This document shows, piece by piece, positions 47,404-56,748 of a stretch of DNA of 64,000 nt. A program made the position numbers and the translations under genes. Under the pieces are notes generated by a model. That model searched no databases, had not been told where the DNA came from, and worked only from the letters and a program-made list of their open reading frames with translations. The DNA is from a bacterium. Its GTDB lineage: Bacteria; Margulisbacteria; Marinamargulisbacteria; GCA-2716485; JAYNIM01. Within the stretch, counting starts at the first letter, position 1; the number at the start of each line of letters is the position of its first letter. The stretch is from NCBI GenBank assembly GCA_038109055.1, contig JAYNIM010000003.1, positions 12,671-76,670 of the forward strand, written 5' to 3'.

Positions 47404-48304
47404 ATTATTCTTTATCTTTATAACGTCTTTATTTTGTTTTTGGGCCTTGATATATATTTTAAACAAACGACATATTTTTCAGTACATCTACAAGCTTACA
47501 CCACCTACACATCAACACAAAACACATATTCCTTCGTTTGGTGGTTGTGTATTTTTATTGATGATAATCCTGTCTTATTTTCTTTTTGAGTTTACGACGC
47601 CTAAAATAGGGTGGATTTTGTGTTGTTTTTTCACCTTTAGCCTTATTGGATTTGGAGATGATCTTATATCAGCGTTACGCCACAAAAATGATGGCTTATC
47701 TGCAAAAGCTAAATTTTTGCTTCAATGTCTCTCCGCCTGTTTACTCATGCTTTATTTTCATTTTTACATTGAACCACTTTCCTTGTTTTATTTTTTATTT
47801 TTTATTTTTTTATTTGTTGCAACGTCTAATGCTTGTAATCTTAGTGATGGTCTGGATGGTTTATTAACTGGTTCTAGCCTCATTTCTTTAGGAAGTTTTT
47901 CCTTATTATTTTTCCATATGCAACTCCCCATCTTCAGCCTCTTTTGTTTTTGTCTCATGAGTATTTTAAGTGCTTTTTTGTTTTTTAATCGTCATCCTGC
48001 TGTCTTGTTTATGGGTGATACAGGCTCATTGGCTTTAGGTGCTTTCTTTGTTGCTCTTGCTTGTTGTGCCAATAATCCATGGGTTTTACTTGCGTTTGCA
48101 GCGCTCTTTCTGATAGAGGCACTTTCTGTCATTCTTCAGGTTAGCTATTTTAAAACAACTAAAAAACGTTTCTTTCTTATGGCACCTTTACATCATCACT
48201 TTGAATGTCTTGGTTTAAACGAACGACATATTGTTCTTATTTTTTGGATTATACATCTGCTTTTTTGCAGTATATACTTAGTAAAGTTATTTAATTTTAT
48301 GTAA
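47393..48304 (+). CDS. mraY: Phospho-N-acetylmuramoyl-pentapeptide transferase MraY (303 aa)
   Basis: Polytopic membrane protein with PSFGG, NLSDGLDGL, MGDTGSLALG and APLHHHFE. Confidence 0.9.
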   Translation: MFLKLFFIFITSLFCFWALIYILNKRHIFQYIYKLTPPTHQHKTHIPSFGGCVFLLMIILSYFLFEFTTPKIGWILCCFFTFSLIGFGDDLISALRHKNDGLSAKAKFLLQCLSACLLMLYFHFYIEPLSLFYFLFFIFLFVATSNACNLSDGLDGLLTGSSLISLGSFSLLFFHMQLPIFSLFCFCLMSILSAFLFFNRHPAVLFMGDTGSLALGAFFVALACCANNPWVLLAFAALFLIEALSVILQVSYFKTTKKRFFLMAPLHHHFECLGLNERHIVLIFWIIHLLFCSIYLVKLFNFM

Positions 48305-48315
48305 AGGATGGTTGT

Positions 48316-48894
48316 ATGATATTTCGACACTTATTTATAATTCTATTATTTTTTACTCCCTACCTATTTTCTCAAGAACAGTCACCCTCTAATTATGTAC
48401 GATTATTAACAAACAAAGGTTCTATCTTAATTGAACTATTCCCTAAAAAAGCGCCCGAGACTGTTGCCAACTTTTTAAAGTATGTAGATTCTGGTTTCTA
48501 TACTAATGTCATCTTTCACAGAGTTGTCCCAGGGTTTGTTATGCAAGGGGGCGGTTTTGATATCAATATGGTTAAAAAAGAGACACTTCCTGCCATTAAA
48601 AATGAAGCTGATAATGGCCTTCTTAATAAAAAATACACCTTATCTATGGCTCGAACGCCTGATCCGCATTCTGCATCTTCTCAATTTTTTATTAATGTTT
48701 CAGATAATCCTTTTTTAGATTTTCGATCCAAAACATCTCAAGGTTGGGGATATGCTGTTTTTGCTCGTGTATTACCTGATAGTTATTCATTAATTGATAC
48801 CCTCTCATCTGTCTCAACAAAACGTTTTTCTTACCATACCCATTTACCAGTTCAACAAATTATTATCGAACGCGTAGAACGATATACCCCCTAA
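48316..48894 (+). CDS. Cyclophilin-type peptidyl-prolyl cis-trans isomerase with a signal peptide
   Basis: FHRVVPGFVMQGGGF and SASSQFFIN; hydrophobic N-terminus. Confidence 0.9.
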   Translation: MIFRHLFIILLFFTPYLFSQEQSPSNYVRLLTNKGSILIELFPKKAPETVANFLKYVDSGFYTNVIFHRVVPGFVMQGGGFDINMVKKETLPAIKNEADNGLLNKKYTLSMARTPDPHSASSQFFINVSDNPFLDFRSKTSQGWGYAVFARVLPDSYSLIDTLSSVSTKRFSYHTHLPVQQIIIERVERYTP

Positions 48895-48902
48895 TCCTCG
48901 CT

Positions 48903-50066
48903 ATGTCTCATGATGAATCTATTGCTGTTTTGGGCGAAGGTGTTACGGCAAGATCTATTCACGCATATTTGAATAGGCATGGTGTTTCTTGCGTTCCTAT
49001 AGATCAGGCTGAAACTCTTATAGTAAGTCCTGGTATCCCCCCTCGAAATTTTCCTAAAACAAACGCTGCTATAGTGCCTGAGATAGAATGGAGTTACCTC
49101 AAGTTACAACAGAAAAAACAGCCCCCTTTTGTTATTGCAGTAACCGGTACGAATGGAAAAAGTACGGTCTCTACCCTTCTTGGTCATTTTCTTGATGCGC
49201 CTGTTTTTGGAAATATTGGAATCCCCCTTACTGAGGCTATTGACTGTGATCCTTGTCCCACAACGATTATTGTTGAAGTAAGCAGTTTTCAACTTGAGTG
49301 CTGCCGTTATTTTCGTGCTGATATTGTCATTTTATTAAATATTAGTGAGGACCATATTGACCGCCATACAAGTTTTGAAAACTATATTCAGGCAAAATCA
49401 AAACTCGTTGATGCTCTCTTAGAAAAAGATCTACTTATTTATAACCAAAATGACCCTATTGTCTGTCAGTTATCAAATCGATGTGTTGCAAAAAAACGGG
49501 CTTTTTCTACAGATCTATTACGAGACTATCACTATGAGCTCCCTATTGTTAAGGATAGCCTTGCTGCTGCTATTTCAGGTGTAGAATACTTATCTATTTC
49601 ACCTACCATAATTCAAGAGAAACTAAATTCTTTTCGTCCATTGGCTCATCGAATAGAAAAGGTTGCTTGTATTAAAGATCGTTTATTTTTTAATGACTCT
49701 AAATCTACGACGCCTAGTTCTACCTTAGCAGCTCTAAAAACTTTCCCCAAAAAAGTACATTTAATTTTATGTGGTAATCATAAAAATATCGACTTTTCCT
49801 CTTATAAAGAAGCTCTATTAAAACACAGCTTATCCATTAGTGTTTTTGGAGACCTTTCACCATGTATTGCCGCCCTGTTTCACTCAAGTTCTATTCCTAT
49901 ATATATTCATGATACTATGCTAGATGCCGTATCATTGTTATTTCCAAAAACAAAGGCAAATGATATTATTTTATTTTCTCCTGCTGGTGCTAGTTTTGAT
50001 CAATTTCAAAACTTTAAAGAACGCGGTGAACACTTTAAATCCATTGTCCATCAACTTTGTTCATGA
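48903..50066 (+). CDS. murD: UDP-N-acetylmuramoylalanine--D-glutamate ligase MurD (387 aa)
   Basis: VTGTNGKSTV, NISEDHIDRH and NDSKSTTPSS. Confidence 0.85.
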   Translation: MSHDESIAVLGEGVTARSIHAYLNRHGVSCVPIDQAETLIVSPGIPPRNFPKTNAAIVPEIEWSYLKLQQKKQPPFVIAVTGTNGKSTVSTLLGHFLDAPVFGNIGIPLTEAIDCDPCPTTIIVEVSSFQLECCRYFRADIVILLNISEDHIDRHTSFENYIQAKSKLVDALLEKDLLIYNQNDPIVCQLSNRCVAKKRAFSTDLLRDYHYELPIVKDSLAAAISGVEYLSISPTIIQEKLNSFRPLAHRIEKVACIKDRLFFNDSKSTTPSSTLAALKTFPKKVHLILCGNHKNIDFSSYKEALLKHSLSISVFGDLSPCIAALFHSSSIPIYIHDTMLDAVSLLFPKTKANDIILFSPAGASFDQFQNFKERGEHFKSIVHQLCS

Positions 50067-51199
50067 TTCAAAAAAAAATTACGTCTCATATTTATTCCTT
50101 AAAAGACTGTCATTTTTCGTTGCTTTTTGTTTCTCTCTTTTTTTTACTTTTAAACCTTTTTATGATGTTTTCTACAAGTCCCATTACTGGCCTTAGTGTT
50201 TATGGTGATAGCTACTATTTTATAAAAAAAACGCTTTTTCTGGGAAGCGTGGGCTTATGTGCCCTGTTGTGTGGGTTACTTTTCCCCCTAGGGTATTTAA
50301 AAAAACTAAGCCCTCTGTTTCTTATAAGTTCATTTATATTACTTTGTCTTTGTTTTTCTGTATTAGGAGTTTCTATTGGTGGTGCTCAACGATGGCTGAA
50401 CCTCTATGTTATTAATCTTCAACCTGTTGAATTAGTTAAATTTTCTTTGGTTCTTTTTTTTGCTATTTTTATGAATAATAAGCATCATCAATTACAGTAT
50501 TTTCAAAAAGGGATCCTACCTCTTTTATGTATTTTCATTCCCTTTATTTTACTTTTGCTTCTACAGCCAGATCTTGGAAATACCCTTCTTATTTGTTTGG
50601 TTCTTATCACCTTGTTTTTTTTAAGCCCGCTTCCTCTTTGGCAGCTTTGTATTCTCTGCTTAAGTTCTTTACTTACGTTTATTATTAGTGTTTTCTTTAG
50701 ACCCTACCAACTTGACCGTATTTTAACTTTTTTATCTCCAGACTTAGATCCTTTTGGTAAAGCTTATCATATTAATCAATCATTACTCTCTGTGGGTTCT
50801 GGTGGATTATGGGGCCTTGGTTTAGGTCAAAGTAAGCTTAAGTTCTTTTATCTTCCCTTGCAATATTCAGACTTTATTTATTCAATTATCTGTGAAGAAG
50901 GGGGGTTTATTTTAGGAACTCTCGTTATTCTTTTTTTTCTCTTTTTTCTTTTAAAATGTTTTACGATTGCAATGCGGTCACAGGACTATTTTCAACGTTA
51001 TGTTGTTTTGGGTTTAGGACTCTTTATTTGTTATCAAGCCTTTATAAATATTGCAGGTGTTATTGCCTTACTACCTATTACGGGAATTCCCTTAACCTTT
51101 GTCAGTTTTGGTGGAAGTTCTTTGGTTAGTTCCCTGTTTTATCTGGGGATTATTCTTAATATTTCTAGACTTCCTCATAAAAGAGTCAGGTCTGTGTGA
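50057..51199 (+). CDS. ftsW: SEDS-family peptidoglycan polymerase FtsW/RodA
   Basis: 10-TM type membrane protein with QPVELVKF, LQPDLGN and DFIYSIICEEGGF. It sits between murD and murG. Confidence 0.85.
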   Translation: MFMIQKKITSHIYSLKDCHFSLLFVSLFFLLLNLFMMFSTSPITGLSVYGDSYYFIKKTLFLGSVGLCALLCGLLFPLGYLKKLSPLFLISSFILLCLCFSVLGVSIGGAQRWLNLYVINLQPVELVKFSLVLFFAIFMNNKHHQLQYFQKGILPLLCIFIPFILLLLLQPDLGNTLLICLVLITLFFLSPLPLWQLCILCLSSLLTFIISVFFRPYQLDRILTFLSPDLDPFGKAYHINQSLLSVGSGGLWGLGLGQSKLKFFYLPLQYSDFIYSIICEEGGFILGTLVILFFLFFLLKCFTIAMRSQDYFQRYVVLGLGLFICYQAFINIAGVIALLPITGIPLTFVSFGGSSLVSSLFYLGIILNISRLPHKRVRSV

Positions 51200-52227
51200 T
51201 GTCTTCATATTTTTTTGTTGTAGGAGCTAGCGGTGGGCATGTCTATCCAGCGTTAGCAATAGCGGAACTATTATCTAAAAAAGAGGTCTTCTTTATTGCC
51301 CGTAAAGATAGTCCTGCATCAACTATTTTAAATGGCTTTTCTTATCCCTGGATTACCTGTATTGCTACTAACACTTTTTTTTCTTTTATTAAAAACTTTA
51401 TTATGGCTTTTTTTATATTCAAAAAACAGAGGATTCGTTGTGTTATTGGAACAGGTGCCATTGATACTGTTCCTATTGTTCTGGCGGCTTTTATATGTCG
51501 AATACCTATTTTTTTACTTGAACAAAATACCATTCCGGGTCGAAGTAACCGTTTTCTGCAATTTTTTGCTCGTAATATCTACTTAACCTTTGCTGAATCT
51601 CAACGTTATTTTTTGACTAAGAATTTTCAACTTACAGGTAATCCTATTTGTATGACATATCCCCAAAATATCAAAAATATTGATTTAAAAGGGCTAGTGT
51701 TTGCTAAAGAAAAAACACTTTTAGTTATTGGTGGTAGTCAAGGTGCTCACGCCCTTAATGATTTTTTTATCGCACAACAACCCCGTCTTTTAGACGCTGG
51801 TTTTAATCTTCTTGTGCTTTGCGGAAATAGCTATTTTAACAAGAAATGGCCCAAAAACTCTGGTGAACCTAGGTATATCAAACAAAATAACTCTATCTCA
51901 GCAATCTACTTTCCCTATGTTGATCGCATCGACCTAGTCTATCAACAGGTTGACTATGTTGTTTCACGAGCAGGAGCAACAACCTTAAGTGAACTGCAAT
52001 TTTATAATAAATGTTCCGTACTTATACCTTATCCTTACTCTAGAGATAATCATCAAACTAAAAATGCGCTTGCAGTTATCCAGGCAGACAATTTTGATAT
52101 CCTGAGTCAAGATAAACTTGATCTGGAAGTCTTATTAGAAAAATTATCTTACTTAAAACCACTTACACCCACACCTAAAAATCAGGCGTCTCAGCTAATT
52201 TTAAAGACTATTAATGCTAATCTATAA
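51196..52227 (+). CDS. murG: Lipid II synthase MurG (undecaprenyl-PP-MurNAc-pentapeptide GlcNAc transferase)
   Basis: GGHVYPALAIAE, EQNTIPGRSNRF, GGSQGA and SRAGATTLSEL. Confidence 0.85.
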   Translation: MMSSYFFVVGASGGHVYPALAIAELLSKKEVFFIARKDSPASTILNGFSYPWITCIATNTFFSFIKNFIMAFFIFKKQRIRCVIGTGAIDTVPIVLAAFICRIPIFLLEQNTIPGRSNRFLQFFARNIYLTFAESQRYFLTKNFQLTGNPICMTYPQNIKNIDLKGLVFAKEKTLLVIGGSQGAHALNDFFIAQQPRLLDAGFNLLVLCGNSYFNKKWPKNSGEPRYIKQNNSISAIYFPYVDRIDLVYQQVDYVVSRAGATTLSELQFYNKCSVLIPYPYSRDNHQTKNALAVIQADNFDILSQDKLDLEVLLEKLSYLKPLTPTPKNQASQLILKTINANL

Positions 52228-52300
52228 TTTTGATTAGATCATCATTTATAGTTTGTTACTTATGTGAAGTAGAGATTTTGATCTTTCTTTTATCAAAAAA

Positions 52301-52390
52301 CTAACTTTTATTTTTTGTCATGCGTTTTCCGTATTTTTTATACTTGTGCTTACGCATTTTTTTACGCCTTTTTTTAATTAGGCTACCCAT
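52301..52390 (-). CDS. 29-aa basic micro-protein resembling ribosomal protein bS22 (AURKAIP1/COX24-like family); absent from the ORF track
   Basis: Hand translation gives MGSLIKKRRKKMRKHKYKKYGKRMTKNKS*. It is preceded by GGAGA with a 9 nt spacer. The N-terminus matches the mycobacterial bS22 start as I recall it (MGSVIKKRRKRM...). Confidence 0.55.
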   Translation of the reverse strand: MGSLIKKRRKKMRKHKYKKYGKRMTKNKS

Positions 52391-52463
52391 TTAATATTTC
52401 TCCATTTTTTTTTTGCATAGTCACATATCCTACGTGCTTCACTACAAAAAGTCAAACCCATCT

Positions 52464-52958
52464 TTAACGATATTCTTTCTTATTTCTACAGAAAACACAG
52501 AGCCTATCTTGCATTGTCCAACTTGACTGACATAGCATACACCAAACATAGCCCATGTCTTTCATTCTTCTATTTTTAAATTTTATCTTCTCCGCTAGCG
52601 TCTTTTTTTCAATGTTACGCGCTTTTACTTGACCATTTGATTGTTTTTTTTTCGTATACGTTACAATAAGTTTTATTCCTGAAATGTTTCTTGACCGCCG
52701 TACATATTGATGTAACTTTTGGATAATTTTTTTTTCAAAAAAAGAAATTTCAGTTTTCCAACTAGGATTTTCAGATTCAATAATTATCTTTTTATTTCTA
52801 CAATAAGAAAAATGTAAAACACTCTCTAAATTCCCCATAATTTTAGGCCAGGCTTTAGAAACCTCGTGATTCAATGTTAGCGTTTTAGCTGCTGATTTTA
52901 CAACAGTGGATACATACCCATACTTAATTTCTGATAAACAGTTATTAAGCTGCTTCAT
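52464..52958 (-). CDS. dciA: DUF721/DciA-family protein with a C-terminal zinc ribbon
   Basis: VSKAWPKIMGNLESVLHFSYCRNKKIIIESENPSWKTEISFFEKKIIQKL fits the DUF721 pattern (W..ivG...a.ht....l..g.L.i.v.s..W..EL). It also has CMLC...CVFC, and lies directly downstream of recF. Start set at MKQLNN (14 nt overlap with recF). Confidence 0.65.
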   Translation of the reverse strand: MKQLNNCLSEIKYGYVSTVVKSAAKTLTLNHEVSKAWPKIMGNLESVLHFSYCRNKKIIIESENPSWKTEISFFEKKIIQKLHQYVRRSRNISGIKLIVTYTKKKQSNGQVKARNIEKKTLAEKIKFKNRRMKDMGYVWCMLCQSSWTMQDRLCVFCRNKKEYR

Positions 52959-54057
52959 AGCAATGAATTTTTCCTTTTTCCACTTGGTATACGTCAATAT
53001 CATTAAATAGCCCTATATCCTCACTATTTACCCCTGTTAAAAATAGTTGATCATATTTTTTTAAATATGTTGCTAACTTTGTCTTTACCTCGCTATCTAA
53101 CTCTGCAAATATGTCATCCAATAATAAAATAAGGGGCTGTTGAAACTTTTCAGATACAAGATCCCAATGAGCTAGTTTCGTGAGTACGGCAAATACCCGA
53201 TTAATCCCCTTAGAAAAAAACCTAAATACACTTTGATCGTGTGATATTGCATCAAAATCATCTCTATGTGGACCTACTAGACTATAGCCCAGAAAACGTT
53301 CTTTCTGTTTATCTTCTTGTAATTTATTAAATAATACTTCTTGATATAATGGCCGTGAAAACTCCTCGATATCTAGGCGATGAAACATATACTTAAATTG
53401 GATATTTTCTAATATATCCACAAAAAATATTTCTTGTGTCTTTTTAAAAAATTCAGATAATCGTCTTAATCCCTCTATTCTATATTCTAATACAGAACCT
53501 GAAAGTATCGCTAACTGTTTATTTAAAATATCGCCATGTTTTTGATCCACAACATCTTGTTTGATCCATGCATTTTTTTGTTTACAGACACTTTGAAATC
53601 GGTTTAAACTTTGACGATACTCTGTGAAATATTGTGTACAAAATGTGTCCAAAAAATGTCGTCGTTGAGCTGCTGAGTCTTGAAACTGACGATTTATATC
53701 CGATGAAAGGTAGTCAGTAAAACAGTTTTTTGTAAATGTTTTTTTGTCTCTTGAGCATTGTTTGTTAATAACAACAGATACACCTTCTGATTTAGACAAT
53801 GATAAATAAACCTGTTTTTGTTCCTCTTCGTTAAGCTGCCACTCCCCCCCAATTACCGCTCTTTCTTTAGAGAATTGAATTAACGCGTTGCGGTCTTTTT
53901 CTTTTAACCATCCCCCAGTTAACAATATATAAATGGCTTCTAAAATCGTTGTTTTGCCTTGATTATTTTTGCCTATAAAAAAAATATATTTATTTTGTTT
54001 AACTACGTTTAATTGATTTATGTTTCTAAAATTCTGAATCCATACTTTGGCTAACAT
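52945..54057 (-). CDS. recF: DNA replication and repair protein RecF
   Basis: NFRNI...FIGKNNQGKTTILEAIY Walker A, GPHRDDF and LLLDDIFAELD. Confidence 0.9.
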   Translation of the reverse strand: MLAKVWIQNFRNINQLNVVKQNKYIFFIGKNNQGKTTILEAIYILLTGGWLKEKDRNALIQFSKERAVIGGEWQLNEEEQKQVYLSLSKSEGVSVVINKQCSRDKKTFTKNCFTDYLSSDINRQFQDSAAQRRHFLDTFCTQYFTEYRQSLNRFQSVCKQKNAWIKQDVVDQKHGDILNKQLAILSGSVLEYRIEGLRRLSEFFKKTQEIFFVDILENIQFKYMFHRLDIEEFSRPLYQEVLFNKLQEDKQKERFLGYSLVGPHRDDFDAISHDQSVFRFFSKGINRVFAVLTKLAHWDLVSEKFQQPLILLLDDIFAELDSEVKTKLATYLKKYDQLFLTGVNSEDIGLFNDIDVYQVEKGKIHCYEAA

Positions 54058-54060
54058 ATA

Positions 54061-55191
54061 TTAGCTTTGATTAAATTCTCTTGCTCGAATTGGCATCACA
54101 ATATAGGTGTAATTTTCATCACTTGGTCGATCAAATTTGCAGGGACTTACAGCATTATTAAAGTTAATAACTAAATCATCATCCTCCATGACTCTTAAAT
54201 AGTCCAAAATTAATTTCACATTGAATGTAATCGTTAATTCACCAGCCCCCTCTAAGCTATTCGCTTCCAATACTTCTTTAAAATCACCTAATGCACTAGC
54301 TTGAGCGACGATCGTTATACTATTTGTTGCATAGCTAAATTTGATAATATCGTTGGATGCTGAGGCAATAATTGATGCACGTTCGCAAGAACTTAGTAAC
54401 TGCCGTCTAGAAACTTTCACTTTATGCTCAAACTCACTAGGTATAACCTTATCTATATCAGGAAATTGTCCTTGAATTAATCTTGAAATCAATAAAAATT
54501 GTTCGCAAGTAAAGGATATTTGTGTCTCAGAAAATGAAATTTCAACAGTTTTATTTGGATCAAAACTTTGTAATAATCTAAAGACTTCGTTAATAGCTTT
54601 AAATGGTATGATCTTTGATATATGTGCTATATCTTGATTATAGTGAAGTGTTTTTACGGCTAATCTGTATCCGTCTGTCGATATAAAACTAACAGAGTTG
54701 TCTTTACACTCTATCAAGACTCCGTTAAAAAACTTTTTTGTATCATCGTACGATACTGAAAATATAGTAAATTTAATTAAATCTAATAGTTCTGAAACTT
54801 TTAACGTTAATTTCTGACCACTTTCTACGTTAGGAAAGGCAGGATATTCGGCAATATTTTCACCTAATAAATTAAACTCTATACCTTCGGTTTTGATGTT
54901 TAGTGAATTTTTCTCATTGACGCTTAATTCTAAATGATCACTTTGTACTTTACTTATAATTTCATTTAATGTTTTGGCTTTTACTAAAATAGCGCCATCT
55001 GTTTCACTTTGTTTAACGGTAATATGATTCTCTATCCCCATCTCTAGATCATTCCCCCTTACGATTAATGAGCCTTGATTTAGTGAAAGGTATAGATTTT
55101 GAAGTACAGGTAAACTGCTTTGCTTTGGTATGGCTTTTTCTACCATTGCGCAAACATCTTTAAATTTTTTTCTTTCACAACTAAATTTCAT
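54061..55191 (-). CDS. dnaN: DNA polymerase III beta sliding clamp
   Basis: 376 aa three-domain clamp pattern (LPVLQNLYLSL..., STDGYRLAV, YTYIVMPIR), between dnaA and recF. Confidence 0.9.
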   Translation of the reverse strand: MKFSCERKKFKDVCAMVEKAIPKQSSLPVLQNLYLSLNQGSLIVRGNDLEMGIENHITVKQSETDGAILVKAKTLNEIISKVQSDHLELSVNEKNSLNIKTEGIEFNLLGENIAEYPAFPNVESGQKLTLKVSELLDLIKFTIFSVSYDDTKKFFNGVLIECKDNSVSFISTDGYRLAVKTLHYNQDIAHISKIIPFKAINEVFRLLQSFDPNKTVEISFSETQISFTCEQFLLISRLIQGQFPDIDKVIPSEFEHKVKVSRRQLLSSCERASIIASASNDIIKFSYATNSITIVAQASALGDFKEVLEANSLEGAGELTITFNVKLILDYLRVMEDDDLVINFNNAVSPCKFDRPSDENYTYIVMPIRAREFNQS

Positions 55192-55210
55192 TAAAGCCTC
55201 CTATAGGGTG

Positions 55211-55254
55211 TTATTATATATATTATATATTTATATATTTATTAATATTAATAT
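55211..55254. other. 44-bp tract of pure A/T in the dnaA-dnaN intergenic region (possible unwinding element)
   Basis: TTATTATATATATTATATATTTATATATTTATTAATATTAATAT. Flanking near-boxes: TGTGGATTC at 55267..55275 (7/9) and TTCTCCACA at 55394..55402 (8/9). Confidence 0.45.
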
Positions 55255-55404
55255 GCCTTGTGTATATGTGGATTCCTTGCATAGATTCTACTTGAATTTT
55301 TTGTTGATAACCTTGTGCAAAAGATCTGTATTGATTCTTGATAAAGATATGGATATTGATGTTCTATATATTGTTAATAGGTTCTTCACAGGGTTCTCCA
55401 CATA

Positions 55405-56748
55405 TTATTCTTGTTTTAAAACATTGATTAGAAAGGTAATTGATTTTTGTGTTTCACTGTTATCTTTTAACTCTTTCTTTACTTTTTCGCAGGCATGAAT
55501 CACGGTAGTATGATCTCTATTTCCAAATTTCTTACCAATTTCGGGTAACGATGATTTGGTTAATTCGCGTGATAAATACATGGCTATTTGGCGTGCATGA
55601 GCAATTTCTTTTGTTCTGCATTTAGAATTTAAATCTTGAACACTAATATTAAATAGGTCAGAGGTCTTTATTTGTATTCTCGAGATAGTGATGGGTTTTT
55701 CATTTTTCAGTGTCACCATGTCGCTAATTACTCTACTAGCAATTGATAATGTCATGGGGGTGTCCATGAGGGATGTATATGCGAAAACTCTATTTAAAGC
55801 TCCTTCCATTTCTCTAACGTTTCCCGACATTTGACTCGCTATAAAATGAAGAATTTCATCGGCTAAAACTGTTTTATTTAATTCTGTTTTCTTCTTTAAA
55901 ATTGCAATTCTTGTTTCTAATTCAGGTGGCTGAATATCCGCAATTAATCCCCATTCAAAGCGAGTTCGAAGTCTTTCCTCTAGTGTAAGAATATTTTTTG
56001 GAGGACGATCGGAGGTCAAAATAATCTGTTTTTTTTGACTATGTAAATCATTAAATGTGTGAAAAAATTCTTCTTGGGTTTGTTCTTTTCCAGATAAAAA
56101 CTGAATATCATCTACAATTAATACATCCACAAATCTATATTTATCACGGAATGTTTCTAGTTTTTTATCTTTAATTGCATTAATCATGTCGTTTGTGAAC
56201 GTTTCACAGGACACGAGTAATATTTTTGCGTTTGAATTTTTTTCTAATACTTGATGTGCAACGGCGTGTAATAGATGTGTTTTACCTAAACCTGCAGATC
56301 CATAAATGAAAAGTGGGTTGTATATTTTTGCGGGTTCTTTCGCTACTGCATAGCAGGATGCATGTGCAAAGCGATTGTTTTGGCCAACCACAAATGAATC
56401 AAAACTGTATATTGGGTTAAATAATTGTTTGTTTTTTGTTGACTTTTCTTTATCAAAAATAGATAGTTGTTCTGTTTCTTTAGGTAGTGTAGGACTTATA
56501 TTGTAGCTGATAATTACAGGGTGATTGTGTTGTTCAAATAAGCTTAATACTATTTTTTCGCAAAAGTCCTTAAACCAGTTTTTTGAGAATTCATTTGGGA
56601 CTGATAATAATAGATTTGAGTTTTCAAGTGATATGGGGGTTGCAGAGGCTAAAAATGTTTGATAAGCAGAATTAGTTAATGTTTTATTTAAGTTTTCTTT
56701 TACTTTATCCCATATATAATCTAATGATATCTCTGTCGCTTTATTCAT
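55405..56748 (-). CDS. dnaA: Chromosomal replication initiator DnaA
   Basis: AAA+ core NPLFIYGSAGLGKTHLLHAV, VLIVDDIQFL and TSDRPP. Domain IV is KEIAHARQIAMYLSRELT...IGKKFGNRDHTTVIHA. Confidence 0.95.
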   Translation of the reverse strand: MNKATEISLDYIWDKVKENLNKTLTNSAYQTFLASATPISLENSNLLLSVPNEFSKNWFKDFCEKIVLSLFEQHNHPVIISYNISPTLPKETEQLSIFDKEKSTKNKQLFNPIYSFDSFVVGQNNRFAHASCYAVAKEPAKIYNPLFIYGSAGLGKTHLLHAVAHQVLEKNSNAKILLVSCETFTNDMINAIKDKKLETFRDKYRFVDVLIVDDIQFLSGKEQTQEEFFHTFNDLHSQKKQIILTSDRPPKNILTLEERLRTRFEWGLIADIQPPELETRIAILKKKTELNKTVLADEILHFIASQMSGNVREMEGALNRVFAYTSLMDTPMTLSIASRVISDMVTLKNEKPITISRIQIKTSDLFNISVQDLNSKCRTKEIAHARQIAMYLSRELTKSSLPEIGKKFGNRDHTTVIHACEKVKKELKDNSETQKSITFLINVLKQE

